IMG/VR virus record: IMGVR_UViG_3300048009_000062
Span: 1-53,238 of that record
DNA length: 53,238 bases
DNA from: a virus
Lineage: Duplodnaviria; Caudoviricetes
Reading direction: 5' to 3' (one strand)
Positions within the stretch are counted from its first letter, which is position 1. Each line of letters opens with the position of its first letter. Position numbers and translations under genes: made by a program. Positions 17,468 to 27,717 of the stretch are shown piece by piece. Under the pieces are notes generated by a model, which saw nothing but the letters and a program-made list of their open reading frames with translations, was not told where the DNA came from and searched no databases.

Positions 17468-19462
17468 TTAGGTAATATCTACCATTTCACAGACATCCCC
17501 AGAACACGCCATTGTCCTAGAACCTGAAGTGTTATCCTCTTGCTCATAGAGGTCTAGCTCATCCCAGTTAATGTCTTTAGGCATGGACTTTAGAAGAGTG
17601 TCATAGTCTTCTCTACTTACATTCTGGTAGGGAGCCTGTTGATATGTATGTTCTTCAAAAGGTAAGAAGCTAACACCAGACATTTCATCAAAGTGTTTTA
17701 ATACAAAGGAGCCTACCTCTAACCACTCTTCAGGTTTTACGTTAATAGTAACACTAGGTTTATGTTCACACCAGTGTCTCTGATAAATTAGCCAAGTCTC
17801 TAGCTGTTGTATGGCTGAGAAGTCCTTAGTACACTTAGCCCCCTCTGGCGCTCTCATAGGAAAACTAAATACAGTTGTGTGATCTGGCTTCATAAAATCA
17901 GGTTCACTAGGTATCCCCTGATCCACCATAAACTGTGTGAGAGGGTCTTTGTTATCTCCTCTAACTGTTCTTATATAGTAGGGGGAGTATCGTGGGTGTA
18001 GTCCACTGGCACTATCAACTAACTGAGAAACAGTACCAGAGGGCTTAACACAAGTTATGGCAGTACTGGCAGGTATCTTTAGCCTCTCTGACCACTCCTT
18101 GTTTGTTTTAATAGCTAACTGCTTGAGATGTTCCAGAGTTTCATTTAATGCCTCATTCTTAACAGTCATAAGTGGGTTATCCATAATACCTGTAAGGCTT
18201 ACTCCAAGTAGACGCTCTTCCTCTGTGTTATCCTTCCACACTTTTCTTAAGTAAGGGAAGTAAGTAAAGGTAGATTGAATAGTGCCTAGTATAGTAGCTA
18301 GTCTAACTTTCTTCTCTATAGCAGCAATATCATCCGTAGCCCTAACAACTACTTCAGATAAATTACAGAACTGCATGGGCCTCAAGCTGATCTCAGAGCA
18401 CGGGTTGCAACCGAAGTCTTGGTCGGCATCTCTTCTACCACTTTGCTCTGCAATACGTTTACAGGCTTCTCTGTTGAATATACCACGCTCACCACTTCCA
18501 CTCTCTACTAAGGAAGTCCACTCCCGTATAAACGACAGTGCATCAGGAGTTTCTGTGTAGACCACGCTGTTGTTAGCCAAGGCTCTGTGTGGAGCATTCT
18601 CCCACCACTTGCCTGACTTAGCATGACGCATTCTATCATCTGACAGATTAGATAGGGATATCATAGCTGATCGCCTTACCCCACCCATAACAATAACTTC
18701 CCCTATCTTGCACATAATATCATGGCATTCCATAGAGTATAGCTTTCGCCCTTGAGCATTCTTAAAAGTAGAAATACAGAAGTTAAACAGATCTACTAGT
18801 GGGGCAGGGCCACTGGCTCTACCACCAAAGGTCTTCAGCCTAGCTCCTGCAGGTCGTACTTTAGATACATCCCACTGTGGGATTTCTCCTGCCCATAGCA
18901 ACGCTAGAACTTGTCGGAAGCCTTTAGCCCACCCACGTTTACTATCCTGTATAACCACTGTGGTATCTGAACTAAAAAGGTTCTCAGGGACTTCTGGTAG
19001 CTTAGATATATACTGCCTCTCTACACTAAACCCTACGCCTGTTCCGTTGAGAAGTATATACATAGCTTCATCAAAAGACTTAGGATCATCTACTGGTAGG
19101 TAAGAACAATTATACATACAGGTATTGTCTCTCTCAGCCGCAGGTCCTGCAGTCATAAGAGATCTCATAGATGGCATTATGTTAAGACTAAGAATACCAT
19201 CCCGTATTTCATCTACATAGGAGTCATTACCAATTAGAGGACGAACTACATTGTCCATGTACCTCTCTACGGTTTCGCCCCAAGTCTCTCTGCGCTTCTC
19301 TTCATCAAGCCACCTTGCATAGCGAGAAGTGGCTATAAAGGTTTGGTAGTCAGTTGGTAAGTAGTTGTTCATCTTTTTCTCATTAGGTAAGGGGCCTAGA
19401 CCGAAATACTCTCTCTGAGCATTGGTGTAGGCCATTGCTTCAATATCGTCTTTAGATATCAT
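17468..19462 (-). CDS. nrdJ: Class II (adenosylcobalamin-dependent) ribonucleotide reductase
   Basis: NCSY, GTGVGFSVE, GGVRRSAMISL, NPCSEI...FCNLSEV, KPSGTVSQL, C-terminal ACSGDVCE; no beta-subunit gene. True start may be the internal MNNYLP. Confidence 0.92.
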   Translation of the reverse strand: MISKDDIEAMAYTNAQREYFGLGPLPNEKKMNNYLPTDYQTFIATSRYARWLDEEKRRETWGETVERYMDNVVRPLIGNDSYVDEIRDGILSLNIMPSMRSLMTAGPAAERDNTCMYNCSYLPVDDPKSFDEAMYILLNGTGVGFSVERQYISKLPEVPENLFSSDTTVVIQDSKRGWAKGFRQVLALLWAGEIPQWDVSKVRPAGARLKTFGGRASGPAPLVDLFNFCISTFKNAQGRKLYSMECHDIMCKIGEVIVMGGVRRSAMISLSNLSDDRMRHAKSGKWWENAPHRALANNSVVYTETPDALSFIREWTSLVESGSGERGIFNREACKRIAEQSGRRDADQDFGCNPCSEISLRPMQFCNLSEVVVRATDDIAAIEKKVRLATILGTIQSTFTYFPYLRKVWKDNTEEERLLGVSLTGIMDNPLMTVKNEALNETLEHLKQLAIKTNKEWSERLKIPASTAITCVKPSGTVSQLVDSASGLHPRYSPYYIRTVRGDNKDPLTQFMVDQGIPSEPDFMKPDHTTVFSFPMRAPEGAKCTKDFSAIQQLETWLIYQRHWCEHKPSVTINVKPEEWLEVGSFVLKHFDEMSGVSFLPFEEHTYQQAPYQNVSREDYDTLLKSMPKDINWDELDLYEQEDNTSGSRTMACSGDVCEMVDIT

Positions 19463-19468
19463 ATTAAT

Positions 19469-19795
19469 TTATTTATTATTGTATTTAGAATCTTTCTCCA
19501 GAATGGAGATAAGTCGATCTATGTACCACCTGCATTTATATAAATCCTGCAGAGCTTTTTCCTTGTAGGGCCATCTCCACAAGTATTTGAATGCGGTTTG
19601 CCAACAGTAGGCAGAGTGACCAGATATATCTGATCCTTTAGTCATAGCTTCCATAGCATCTATACACTCTATAGAAGCATTATTATAGTGAGGTGGGTTA
19701 TCCACCATGTCTAATCCAATAGTATCGGTATTCATTGTAAGGGTTAAGTCATCACCCATTGTAATAGTTTCTTTGTGAATGTGAGGTATGCTCAT
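19469..19795 (-). CDS. DUF3310 / T7 gp1.7-like nucleotide kinase family protein
   Basis: DMVDNPPHY...IECIDAM...KYLWR...DL.K..WY. Confidence 0.8.
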   Translation of the reverse strand: MSIPHIHKETITMGDDLTLTMNTDTIGLDMVDNPPHYNNASIECIDAMEAMTKGSDISGHSAYCWQTAFKYLWRWPYKEKALQDLYKCRWYIDRLISILEKDSKYNNK

Positions 19796-20154
19796 CAGTG
19801 TATCCTATTCTTAGGTTTTAGTTTTATAACATTGTTCTTAGTTTTATTCTCTTCTATTGCATCCATAAGAGACTGGTCTGGTTCAAACTGTATAAAATCT
19901 TCTCCAAAGTCCTCTCCTGAAACTATAGCAGATAAGTCAGACAGTTGTCTTAACATCCCACCAGTAACAGCAAAGCTTTCCATATTTATTTTAATGTCGT
20001 GTACTATTCCATTTAACATATCCAAGTAGAATATCATCTCGCCATCATTTTCTTCTAAATCGAGGTTATGAATTACCTCTATATCAACGGCTTCTGTATT
20101 TGGATTAATACATAACTCTAAACGTAAACTATTCTTTTGTAATTCATCTGCCAC
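19795..20154 (-). CDS. Hypothetical protein
   Basis: Coupled ORF in replication operon. Confidence 0.65.
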   Translation of the reverse strand: MADELQKNSLRLELCINPNTEAVDIEVIHNLDLEENDGEMIFYLDMLNGIVHDIKINMESFAVTGGMLRQLSDLSAIVSGEDFGEDFIQFEPDQSLMDAIEENKTKNNVIKLKPKNRIH

Positions 20155-20506
20155 TTAATTTACCTTTCTCATGCAAACTAAAGAAATGCTCTGCGTCCAT
20201 AACCACAAGAGGTTTCTTTCTGTCTGCCTTTAAAACTACTAAAGGTTCTGCTTTATTGGGGCAGTTTTCAATAGCTTGATCCATTAATTTATATACAGCA
20301 AAGGTTTTGTATGCCTTGCACTCAATAGAGTATGGAAATAATTTACGGGCTGCAGGGCTGAGTTGTACGTCCTCACCACCTGCCCCCATAGATGTACTAC
20401 GGCAATCATCAGGCTCAAGCTTTGGGAATATAGATAATATTTTATCCCTCACCCACTGCTGATGCCGCCTACCTTTGGCTTTAGCTGATTGAACGCTTAT
20501 AACCAT
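20144..20506 (-). CDS. PD-(D/E)xK Holliday-junction resolvase-like nuclease
   Basis: SAKAKGR...STSMGAGGEDV...SIECK...PLVV. Confidence 0.75.
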   Translation of the reverse strand: MVISVQSAKAKGRRHQQWVRDKILSIFPKLEPDDCRSTSMGAGGEDVQLSPAARKLFPYSIECKAYKTFAVYKLMDQAIENCPNKAEPLVVLKADRKKPLVVMDAEHFFSLHEKGKLSGR

Positions 20507-21267
20507 TTAGGTAATTCGATAAAGGTGTAACTACCCCATCCCGTGCCATACTCCAAAGACTGATCTGCAAATGCTATCTGATCTATTGTATCATGCATAC
20601 GCTGTGTTGCGCTCTCCATTAGTTCTGGAGTTACAACGTGCATATGTGCAACATACGGGCTAGATTTTTCACAGGTTATAAATGAAAATTCTTTCACCTC
20701 AAACCCTGCTAGTTCGCATACATATTTGTAAAACGCTGCCTGAATATCATAAGCATATTTAAAACACTCTTTGGAGAAGCCTACAGGAGAGGCATCTACC
20801 GTTGTCTTAACATCGTACACTGCACCATTTTCAGTTATCATAAGATCAGGCCTAGTTTTTAATTCTAACCCTGTTCTTTTACACTTAGCAAAGATGCTTA
20901 CTTCGTTCATCCTATCCTTGTGGCGTAAAACTTTATTACACTCAGGGTGATCCAAAGCAGACTTAGCCATCCTATGAGCCATGTGGTATTCTACTTCATT
21001 GAGAAGCACCTGATCCTCTTCAAGACTTTCTTCTAATTCTTTAAATGCTTTAGAGGTTTTAGTCTTTGGCCCTTTAACAACTAAGTCTTTGTCTTCTTCC
21101 AGTAGTAGGGCATGAACTGCCGTACCTAAATTAAATGCGGTAGATGATTTATATTTTTGCCCTTTCCAGTGGGCGAGAGATTTTTTGTAGACTGTCTTTA
21201 CTGTAGATGAGCCGATACCACTCATAGAATGGTATCTCTCATTAGACATATCTTTTATAACGCCCAT
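20497..21267 (-). CDS. RecE/exonuclease VIII-like PD-(D/E)xK exonuclease (DUF3799)
   Basis: YH...SS..K, GTAVHALLLE, KTRPD, DVKTT, YDIQAAFY. Confidence 0.85.
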   Translation of the reverse strand: MGVIKDMSNERYHSMSGIGSSTVKTVYKKSLAHWKGQKYKSSTAFNLGTAVHALLLEEDKDLVVKGPKTKTSKAFKELEESLEEDQVLLNEVEYHMAHRMAKSALDHPECNKVLRHKDRMNEVSIFAKCKRTGLELKTRPDLMITENGAVYDVKTTVDASPVGFSKECFKYAYDIQAAFYKYVCELAGFEVKEFSFITCEKSSPYVAHMHVVTPELMESATQRMHDTIDQIAFADQSLEYGTGWGSYTFIELPKWL

Positions 21268-22106
21268 TAGACAGCGGCTGCTACATAGTCTTTAGATAAG
21301 TCTTCTACTGCATCATATAGTTCTGCAGCTTCATCCTCATCCTGAACAACCTTTCTGGCGTTTTTATAGGATTCATCTATTCTGGCATTTTCTGATTTAA
21401 CTAGGCCAAAAACATGTTTGATGCTTTCGTCAGCCATATCATCCATAGTAATAATGTCGTTAAACTGTGGACTAAAATGCATGACATAATACGATGCACC
21501 TTTAGGAGACTTACGCTTCTCTGCGCGTAGAACACTATTAAAGTCCCACACATTCATACCCTGACGCATCTTGTTAATTACATCGTGGTAAAAGGGACCA
21601 TAGTTTTTACGCTTGAGAGATAGGACACACGGCTGATTTTCAATGGTAACCTCTTTACCTTGAGCCGTTTTACCAGTGTATGAAACTACCCCCCTGATAA
21701 TACGGTATCTATCTATTCCGTTATACTTCTCACGTTCTTTTGGGTCCATAGCTTGTTGATCTTCAAAAGAAGGTAAACCACACATAAGTCCACCCATCTG
21801 ATCCCTAGCTTCCTCACGGTTGTTTTTAACCAACAGAGACTTATTAATTAATTTACCATCATCCCAATGTTGATACTGGATGTGATTACTAAAGGCACGA
21901 AGCCTTACATTATCCTTTGCATACACCCTATCTTCTGGAGTATTTAAAAAGAACGCCCCTAATGGAATTTGATTACCATTGGCATCTTCTCCAAAGGAGT
22001 TTATTTTTAAGGTAGGTATACTGGGAGACTTCGCTCCAACAGATGCCCCTAGCTCTTCACTAATTTCAGCCAAACTCAAGCCACTTGTTTCTACTAATTC
22101 ACTCAT
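21267..22106 (-). CDS. Putative ssDNA-binding/annealing protein
   Basis: Between polymerase and exonuclease; acidic C-terminus; own promoter. Confidence 0.5.
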   Translation of the reverse strand: MSELVETSGLSLAEISEELGASVGAKSPSIPTLKINSFGEDANGNQIPLGAFFLNTPEDRVYAKDNVRLRAFSNHIQYQHWDDGKLINKSLLVKNNREEARDQMGGLMCGLPSFEDQQAMDPKEREKYNGIDRYRIIRGVVSYTGKTAQGKEVTIENQPCVLSLKRKNYGPFYHDVINKMRQGMNVWDFNSVLRAEKRKSPKGASYYVMHFSPQFNDIITMDDMADESIKHVFGLVKSENARIDESYKNARKVVQDEDEAAELYDAVEDLSKDYVAAAV

Positions 22107-22133
22107 TTGAGTATCCTTTTATTGAGAGATTTC

Positions 22134-22162
22134 ATTTTACCATTACTGTACCAACTAATCAA
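22134..22162 (-). promoter_or_regulatory. sigma70-type promoter
   Basis: TTGATT-17-TAAAAT with TG extension on - strand. Confidence 0.55.
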
Positions 22163-24309
22163 GTATATTCTTCCTGATCTAGCCAATTATTTCCCCCTGA
22201 GATTTCTATCTCAAGAGGCACTACCATATTATAGTTCCACCGTCTTTGTGCTTCTTTATTAACACCCGTCATAGCCCAAGTCAAAGCCTCTTTAACTATG
22301 TCTAATTCATTAGGATGAGTATCCACACAAATTGAGTCATGTACAGTTAATATCAGCTTTGATTTAAGATTTAGTTCTATAAACTTACGCCTTGCTCTTA
22401 TACAGGCTAACTGAACAATGTCAGCCGCAAAGCCCTGAACTGGATAATTTAAGATCTGGGTAGCATTGCTTACCCTATCCTTCTTTACCCGTACCACAGA
22501 GGGCCAGTAGTACTGCCTACCACTAGGAGTTTCAACAATACCATTTCTCAGTGCGCCATCCATAAGTCTTTGATGCCAAGAGTATATCCCTTGGTACACC
22601 TCATAAAACTGACTGAAATATGCCCTGATATGCTCTGCCTCTCCTGCCCCAGTGCCACCAAAGAGAGGTAAAAATGTATAGGCCTTGGCTCTCTGGCGTT
22701 CCTCTTTGGTAACATCTTCAGGTTTCTTCCTGCCAATAATACTGGCAGTCTGTCTGTGAATGTCTTTACCTTTAAGGATATCTGCTAGGCCCTGACTATC
22801 TCTACTGAGTTCTACACAGACCCTAAATTCCAATCCAGAGTAGTCGCTTTCTAAAAATGTTCCGCCTTCAAAACGCGATATAAAAGCCTTACGCACGGGG
22901 AAGCCTCTTTTGGGCTGATTTTGTAAATTTGGACTCATCCCCCCACCAGAGGACAGCCTACCCGTTGCAGCGATGCATTGGTTGAAGTTGGCATGAAGTA
23001 GCCCATCTTCTCTAACACCACGCTTTATTCCTGCAACAAAACTATTTAAATAAGTAGACACGGCATGAAGTCGGGTAAGCATAGTTAGAAACTGTACGGC
23101 TTCTTCATTATCTTTACGAGATGCCTGTCTAATTAGACGCTGTATGCTTATCTTATCAGTCTTGAAGCCAAGTATAGATGCATCATTAGGGTTCTGAGGA
23201 GACAGCTTTAGCCCTGCTACTTCTCCCGTAGGCATATAGATAGCACCACTGGCCTTACAAGTCTTGCAGTTGGTTCTGTTTTTGTAAGGATCTCCTTGGA
23301 CCCTGTACTTCTTGCCTAACTTAGTCTTAGTCTTCACCTTATACTTCTGCACCGACCCCACGCCTGTACAGTCAGGACACTGAACAGCTTTAGTTCTGTA
23401 GACTACCTGAGTGGTAGCCCTCACTGCATTAGTAAACTGCTTGGGAGTCATTCTAGGAGCCATCAGAGATTTACCTGCCTCATTAGTTCCTATGTTAAAG
23501 GTCTGTATGTGCGCCTCTCTATTTTTAACTTCCCGACTAAATATAACCCTAGTCATGTCAGCACCACTATCTAAATTGATAGGAGTATCCCCCATTACCT
23601 CTGATACTATATCGTTGAGGTTCTTTGTAAGTGTCTGCCTTTCCTCTTCAAACTCCTTCTCAACCTCTTCCAGTACAGACATATCTATCTTAGTGCCGTT
23701 TAGTTCAATGTCACACAAGAACATAAGCATGTCATTCATCTGTTTAATTACACTAAGTAGTGACCTGTTGTGTTCTTTCTCAAAGCTCTGCATCTGAGAT
23801 AAGTATATTTCTCCACAAGTCTTTACGTCTGCAATACCATACTCAACTACATCGTCTAAAGGTATCTCAGAGAAACACATACCAGATTTAAACTTATCAT
23901 CTATTAGATCAGACTTCTTATAGCTATCTGTCTTCCTTCTTATTGCTGTTTCTTTCAGGCTGATAGGAAGTCTCCTAGCTTTACTCAATACAAACTCTGC
24001 AATCATGGTGCAGAATATTTGATCAGGTAATTCAAACCCCATCTCAAGGAGCCATTCTACGTCAAACTTTGCATTGTGGACCACCAGTAAGTCAGCTTCT
24101 GCTAAATATTCTCTTAGCTGATCCCCACTGTCAGGCTCTATGCATTGGTTATGAAAGAACACTTCTATATTAACAAAGTCTACTGTAGTTTCCCCAAGCC
24201 ATCCATACTGAGCCATAACAGCTTTATTTAATGGATTTTTAGGAGAGTTATCTATACGCCCATCCTTTCGGACAACCGTAGTTTCTAAATCAAGCACAAG
24301 TGTTTTCAA
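22159..24309 (-). CDS. polA: DNA polymerase family A with DnaJ-like zinc-finger insert
   Basis: Exo DLET, HNAKFD, YGIADV; CPDCTGVG...CKTCKASG; ATGRLSS, DYSGLEFR, RAKAYTF, NYPVQG, VHDS. Confidence 0.95.
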   Translation of the reverse strand: MKTLVLDLETTVVRKDGRIDNSPKNPLNKAVMAQYGWLGETTVDFVNIEVFFHNQCIEPDSGDQLREYLAEADLLVVHNAKFDVEWLLEMGFELPDQIFCTMIAEFVLSKARRLPISLKETAIRRKTDSYKKSDLIDDKFKSGMCFSEIPLDDVVEYGIADVKTCGEIYLSQMQSFEKEHNRSLLSVIKQMNDMLMFLCDIELNGTKIDMSVLEEVEKEFEEERQTLTKNLNDIVSEVMGDTPINLDSGADMTRVIFSREVKNREAHIQTFNIGTNEAGKSLMAPRMTPKQFTNAVRATTQVVYRTKAVQCPDCTGVGSVQKYKVKTKTKLGKKYRVQGDPYKNRTNCKTCKASGAIYMPTGEVAGLKLSPQNPNDASILGFKTDKISIQRLIRQASRKDNEEAVQFLTMLTRLHAVSTYLNSFVAGIKRGVREDGLLHANFNQCIAATGRLSSGGGMSPNLQNQPKRGFPVRKAFISRFEGGTFLESDYSGLEFRVCVELSRDSQGLADILKGKDIHRQTASIIGRKKPEDVTKEERQRAKAYTFLPLFGGTGAGEAEHIRAYFSQFYEVYQGIYSWHQRLMDGALRNGIVETPSGRQYYWPSVVRVKKDRVSNATQILNYPVQGFAADIVQLACIRARRKFIELNLKSKLILTVHDSICVDTHPNELDIVKEALTWAMTGVNKEAQRRWNYNMVVPLEIEISGGNNWLDQEEYT

Positions 24310-24449
24310 AAGTTTGGCTCCCCGTTCTCATCAAATATTGGAGTTTTGAAAGTGTAAGTTCTTTCAGGGAGATCTACTGGTCTAACGGGCTTTCTAACAC
24401 CTAGTTGGTCTAGCCACATTTCTAATACTGGTGGCAGTCTATTTTCCAT
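24306..24449 (-). CDS. Small hypothetical protein (47 aa)
   Basis: MENRLPPVLEMWL...ENGEPNF; overlaps both neighbours; AAGGA upstream. Confidence 0.55.
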   Translation of the reverse strand: MENRLPPVLEMWLDQLGVRKPVRPVDLPERTYTFKTPIFDENGEPNF

Positions 24450-24648
24450 CACTTAATCCTTTAGGAGCATACACGGCTCCATTGTATTTAGATCCAGTTG
24501 CTTTTTTACCATCCTCTACACCAAAGTTACAACTTGCCAAAATTAATCCAGAGGCCATAATCCAGTAGAAGGTATACTTACACCACTTAAGAAATCCAAT
24601 ATAGGTTTCTTCTGCCTGTTTTTGTGCTTCTTCATTACTTATCATCAC
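24439..24648 (-). CDS. Small membrane protein resembling aa3 cytochrome c oxidase subunit IV
   Basis: QAEETYIGFLKW followed by TM helix; GGAG upstream. Confidence 0.45.
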   Translation of the reverse strand: MMISNEEAQKQAEETYIGFLKWCKYTFYWIMASGLILASCNFGVEDGKKATGSKYNGAVYAPKGLSDGK

Positions 24649-24712
24649 TATCTCTCCATACGGTTATTAATATAATTAAAACAAGAACTACTAATAAAAT
24701 ATCAAGCCACAT
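24635..24712 (-). CDS. Possible 25-aa membrane peptide
   Basis: MWLDILLVVLVLIILITVWRDSDDK fills the gap after the helicase, overlapping both neighbours. Confidence 0.35.
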   Translation of the reverse strand: MWLDILLVVLVLIILITVWRDSDDK

Positions 24713-25916
24713 ATCTATTCCTATCTACATCTAGATTGACCATCACTGTACCATGCCAACCACTGATCTTATTCTTCATCACAGTAATCCATCTAGTGCT
24801 ATCATCTGGATCATCTGGGCTGTCCATTTTGCCAAGCCCTAACATAATATCGGATTCTGCGGCCTTACCTAATTTTGATCCTTCCATCATAGACATGGTA
24901 ATACGGGTCTTGCCTTCAGCCTCTGCACTAGCCTGAGATAAACCAAGGACCGCACAGTCATATGTCTTTGCTGCTTCACGCAGACGGTAGTATAACTCCC
25001 TAAGACGTTCATGTCCTGAGTTAAACTTCTCAGTCAAGGCTATCTTGTCAGCCATATCTACTATTACTACGTCAGCTTTCTCTTGGGCTAAGTAAGCCTC
25101 AAGTGTGGTAATGTCCCAACCTTGGGCATCTTGAAATATTAGCCTATCTTTAATCCCTGAGTATCTGGCGGCTGCATCTTCAGGTGTCTCAGAGATTTCA
25201 TCCCTAGTCATTCCCGTGTAGGATTGTATGGCTCTAAGCTTGGTACGCTTACCAATCTCCTCATTAGCTATATAAACAACTTTAGCACCTTGTTGGCAGA
25301 AACCTGAAGGGGCTGCACAGAGGCTGATTGCAAATGCAGTTTTACCTACATTAGAATAGGCAGCTATAACACCAAACTCCCCTCTACCAATACCATATAC
25401 TTCACGGCTCAAGGTGGGGATGTTAAATTGAAAACGGTTATCATCTGACACTACTGCTAGTAGTTCGTAGATATTGTCAGTTACCTTCTCTCCAAACTCA
25501 TTAGTTGTGAAGTCACCCTGACATTTCTGAAGTAATTGCTTTAGGCTATCCATAGCCGTAATTTTACCTTCGTTAATCATTATGCCATAGTTAACTATCT
25601 CTGCACCAATGTCTTGCTGATACAGACGTTCGATTACTGTTGTAGATATTTCATCATCTATAGGTTCAGCATTGCCAATACTATTGATTATGTCTTCAAT
25701 AGAATTGTCCCATGCCTGTGTAGATGTAGGATTTTTGGATTTCCAGTAGGAGAAGAGTTCTAGAGGTGTAATATCTTTACCAAACTTATCATGGCATTCA
25801 GATATACAGTTATATATTTCTCTAGTTTCTTCTTCGAAGAGAGAAGGTCTAAGCTTCCCTTTGTTTTCTTCGAAGAACAAATTTCTCAAACAGTTCTTCA
25901 GAAGTGAGTGGTTCAT
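24702..25916 (-). CDS. DnaB-like (SF4) replicative helicase
   Basis: Walker A AYSNVGKT, IVDMAD, LSQAS, KNKISG; RBS TAAGGACCAA. Confidence 0.9.
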   Translation of the reverse strand: MNHSLLKNCLRNLFFEENKGKLRPSLFEEETREIYNCISECHDKFGKDITPLELFSYWKSKNPTSTQAWDNSIEDIINSIGNAEPIDDEISTTVIERLYQQDIGAEIVNYGIMINEGKITAMDSLKQLLQKCQGDFTTNEFGEKVTDNIYELLAVVSDDNRFQFNIPTLSREVYGIGRGEFGVIAAYSNVGKTAFAISLCAAPSGFCQQGAKVVYIANEEIGKRTKLRAIQSYTGMTRDEISETPEDAAARYSGIKDRLIFQDAQGWDITTLEAYLAQEKADVVIVDMADKIALTEKFNSGHERLRELYYRLREAAKTYDCAVLGLSQASAEAEGKTRITMSMMEGSKLGKAAESDIMLGLGKMDSPDDPDDSTRWITVMKNKISGWHGTVMVNLDVDRNRYVA

Positions 25917-25958
25917 GTATTGGTCCTTATATTACTCAGCTAGGTTTCGATTGTAACA

Positions 25959-26732
25959 TTATTGATCTAAAAATAAAAGCCCCTTAATTTGATCTTGGCT
26001 CAGATACTTTAGATCGTTAGATGGTATACGCATTTTAATATTTCTGTTCTGGTTCTTAACTATCTTAATAGATTTATTAGAAGCATCTCTATCAAGCACT
26101 AGGTATACATTTGCATACTGACTAAGCTTGATATTAAGATTATTAGTAAGAGTGGTTCCGCACATTGATATGCCCACTGTATTAGCTATTCTACTAACAG
26201 AACAAGCAGACGGAGTATCTTCTACTAAGATGGCAGTATCTCCACTACCTACAGATATTCCATCTGATACATCCCCGTAGGTTACCCACTTAGGTCCATA
26301 AGACTTTAGAGTACGTCCTACAGCGCCATTACTACCATAGAATATTACTCTTTCATCTGATGGACTGTATTTAATATCTATAAGGCTATTCTCATAAGCC
26401 TCTAAACTATTTACAGATCTAAGGTAATCAATCGCAGGATCATAGTTCTCTACTGAAGTAGTAATCTCTGGTAGAGGTTTTCCTTTTACTTCGCATGATG
26501 TAGAAGATGCTGACTTTATAAACTTTAACTTAGCTTTATCTATAGGAACCCTACCTCTAGATATTCCCCTCACATTGCATGATGCCCTGAAGCAGTTCCA
26601 TAACAGTGAGCCATCTTCTTTTTTAAGAGAAAACTTCTTATACCCACCACAAGAAGGGCAAGTCATTATCTTTCTCTCGCCTTCTTTTATAGGTATAGAA
26701 TTTATTACTAATAATTGTTCTTGGTAGGTCAT
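25959..26732 (-). CDS. DNA primase
   Basis: Zn finger CPSC...CFRASC; TOPRIM LVED..SA and LDRDA; RBS TAAGGACCA. Confidence 0.85.
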   Translation of the reverse strand: MTYQEQLLVINSIPIKEGERKIMTCPSCGGYKKFSLKKEDGSLLWNCFRASCNVRGISRGRVPIDKAKLKFIKSASSTSCEVKGKPLPEITTSVENYDPAIDYLRSVNSLEAYENSLIDIKYSPSDERVIFYGSNGAVGRTLKSYGPKWVTYGDVSDGISVGSGDTAILVEDTPSACSVSRIANTVGISMCGTTLTNNLNIKLSQYANVYLVLDRDASNKSIKIVKNQNRNIKMRIPSNDLKYLSQDQIKGLLFLDQ

Positions 26733-26776
26733 TGGTCATGGTCCTTAGTTGTATATCACCTAGCGGCGATAGCCCA

Positions 26777-26804
26777 ATTATACAGGCATAGAATTATTTG
26801 GCAA
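26777..26804 (-). promoter_or_regulatory. sigma70-type promoter for primase
   Basis: TTGCCA-16-TATAAT on - strand. Confidence 0.55.
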
Positions 26805-26807
26805 GTA

Positions 26808-27230
26808 TTATTTTTGTCTCAGCTTTGGTTTTACTTTTGAAATAGTATTTGAATAGAATATGTGATTGCCTACTTTGCAAGTTTTGGTAAACGATTTACT
26901 CCAGTTGGGAGATACATAAGATGCGTGATAGTGTGTAGCCTCTCCCACACAACTTACTCTGATAGCTTCTGGGTGGTCTAGTATAGCTTCAGCCAATGCA
27001 AGAGACTTACGCCATGCGGCTCTCTCACGAGGCTTGTCACTCTTTCCATCCCAATACCAAGAGAATTGATCTTTCTGGGTTACTACTCCACAGACAGTAT
27101 CAGGGTATTTCTCACTGGCTACTCTATTTAAAGTTACTTGCGCGACAGATATTTGAGACACTAGGTCTTCTGATCTAGCCTCGAAATATATGTTTAAGGC
27201 TAAACAAGTAAGTGATGCAGTTAATAACAT
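26808..27230 (-). CDS. Cell wall hydrolase (SleB/Hydrolase_2 family)
   Basis: CLALNIYFEARSE, VTLNRV, QFSW, ATHYHA, GNHIFY. Confidence 0.9.
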   Translation of the reverse strand: MLLTASLTCLALNIYFEARSEDLVSQISVAQVTLNRVASEKYPDTVCGVVTQKDQFSWYWDGKSDKPRERAAWRKSLALAEAILDHPEAIRVSCVGEATHYHASYVSPNWSKSFTKTCKVGNHIFYSNTISKVKPKLRQK

Positions 27231-27442
27231 TAGTTTAACCTCTCATAACCTTTCTTGGTTTTCATACACCAATGAGTTTCACCTATCTCTAATAGATTGA
27301 GTTTGGGGGGAAACAAGTTCCATCCCCAATCTGCTAATCTAGACTCTGCTTCACGGTCCTGTTTATTATTATAGACCGCAAAGACTTTAAACTTCTTTGA
27401 GTGATCTAATCCTAAACTTCTTACTCCGTGACACCTGTTCAT
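27230..27442 (-). CDS. Hypothetical protein
   Basis: Coupled ORF, GGAG RBS. Confidence 0.6.
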   Translation of the reverse strand: MNRCHGVRSLGLDHSKKFKVFAVYNNKQDREAESRLADWGWNLFPPKLNLLEIGETHWCMKTKKGYERLN

Positions 27443-27717
27443 TATTCTCCTACTCCTTTATGTCTGATACCGTGGTACTGACAGTATCCTAATGCTGCAT
27501 ACATTTCCTTATCTTTGCCATACTGATTGTCACCTATCTCAGCATATATTTCGTCAGTGACATCTTTCATATATAAACTGAACCAGTAGCCATCATCATC
27601 AGCCCAGTGAAAGCTCCGACCTTCATCTGCGGAAGAAACAAACGCTTGACCAATTAATTCAGTTAATCCACTGACAGCCCAAACTAACTCATGGTATCCT
27701 TTTTTAACTTTAGCCAT
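27442..27717 (-). CDS. Hypothetical protein
   Basis: Coupled ORF. Confidence 0.65.
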   Translation of the reverse strand: MAKVKKGYHELVWAVSGLTELIGQAFVSSADEGRSFHWADDDGYWFSLYMKDVTDEIYAEIGDNQYGKDKEMYAALGYCQYHGIRHKGVGE

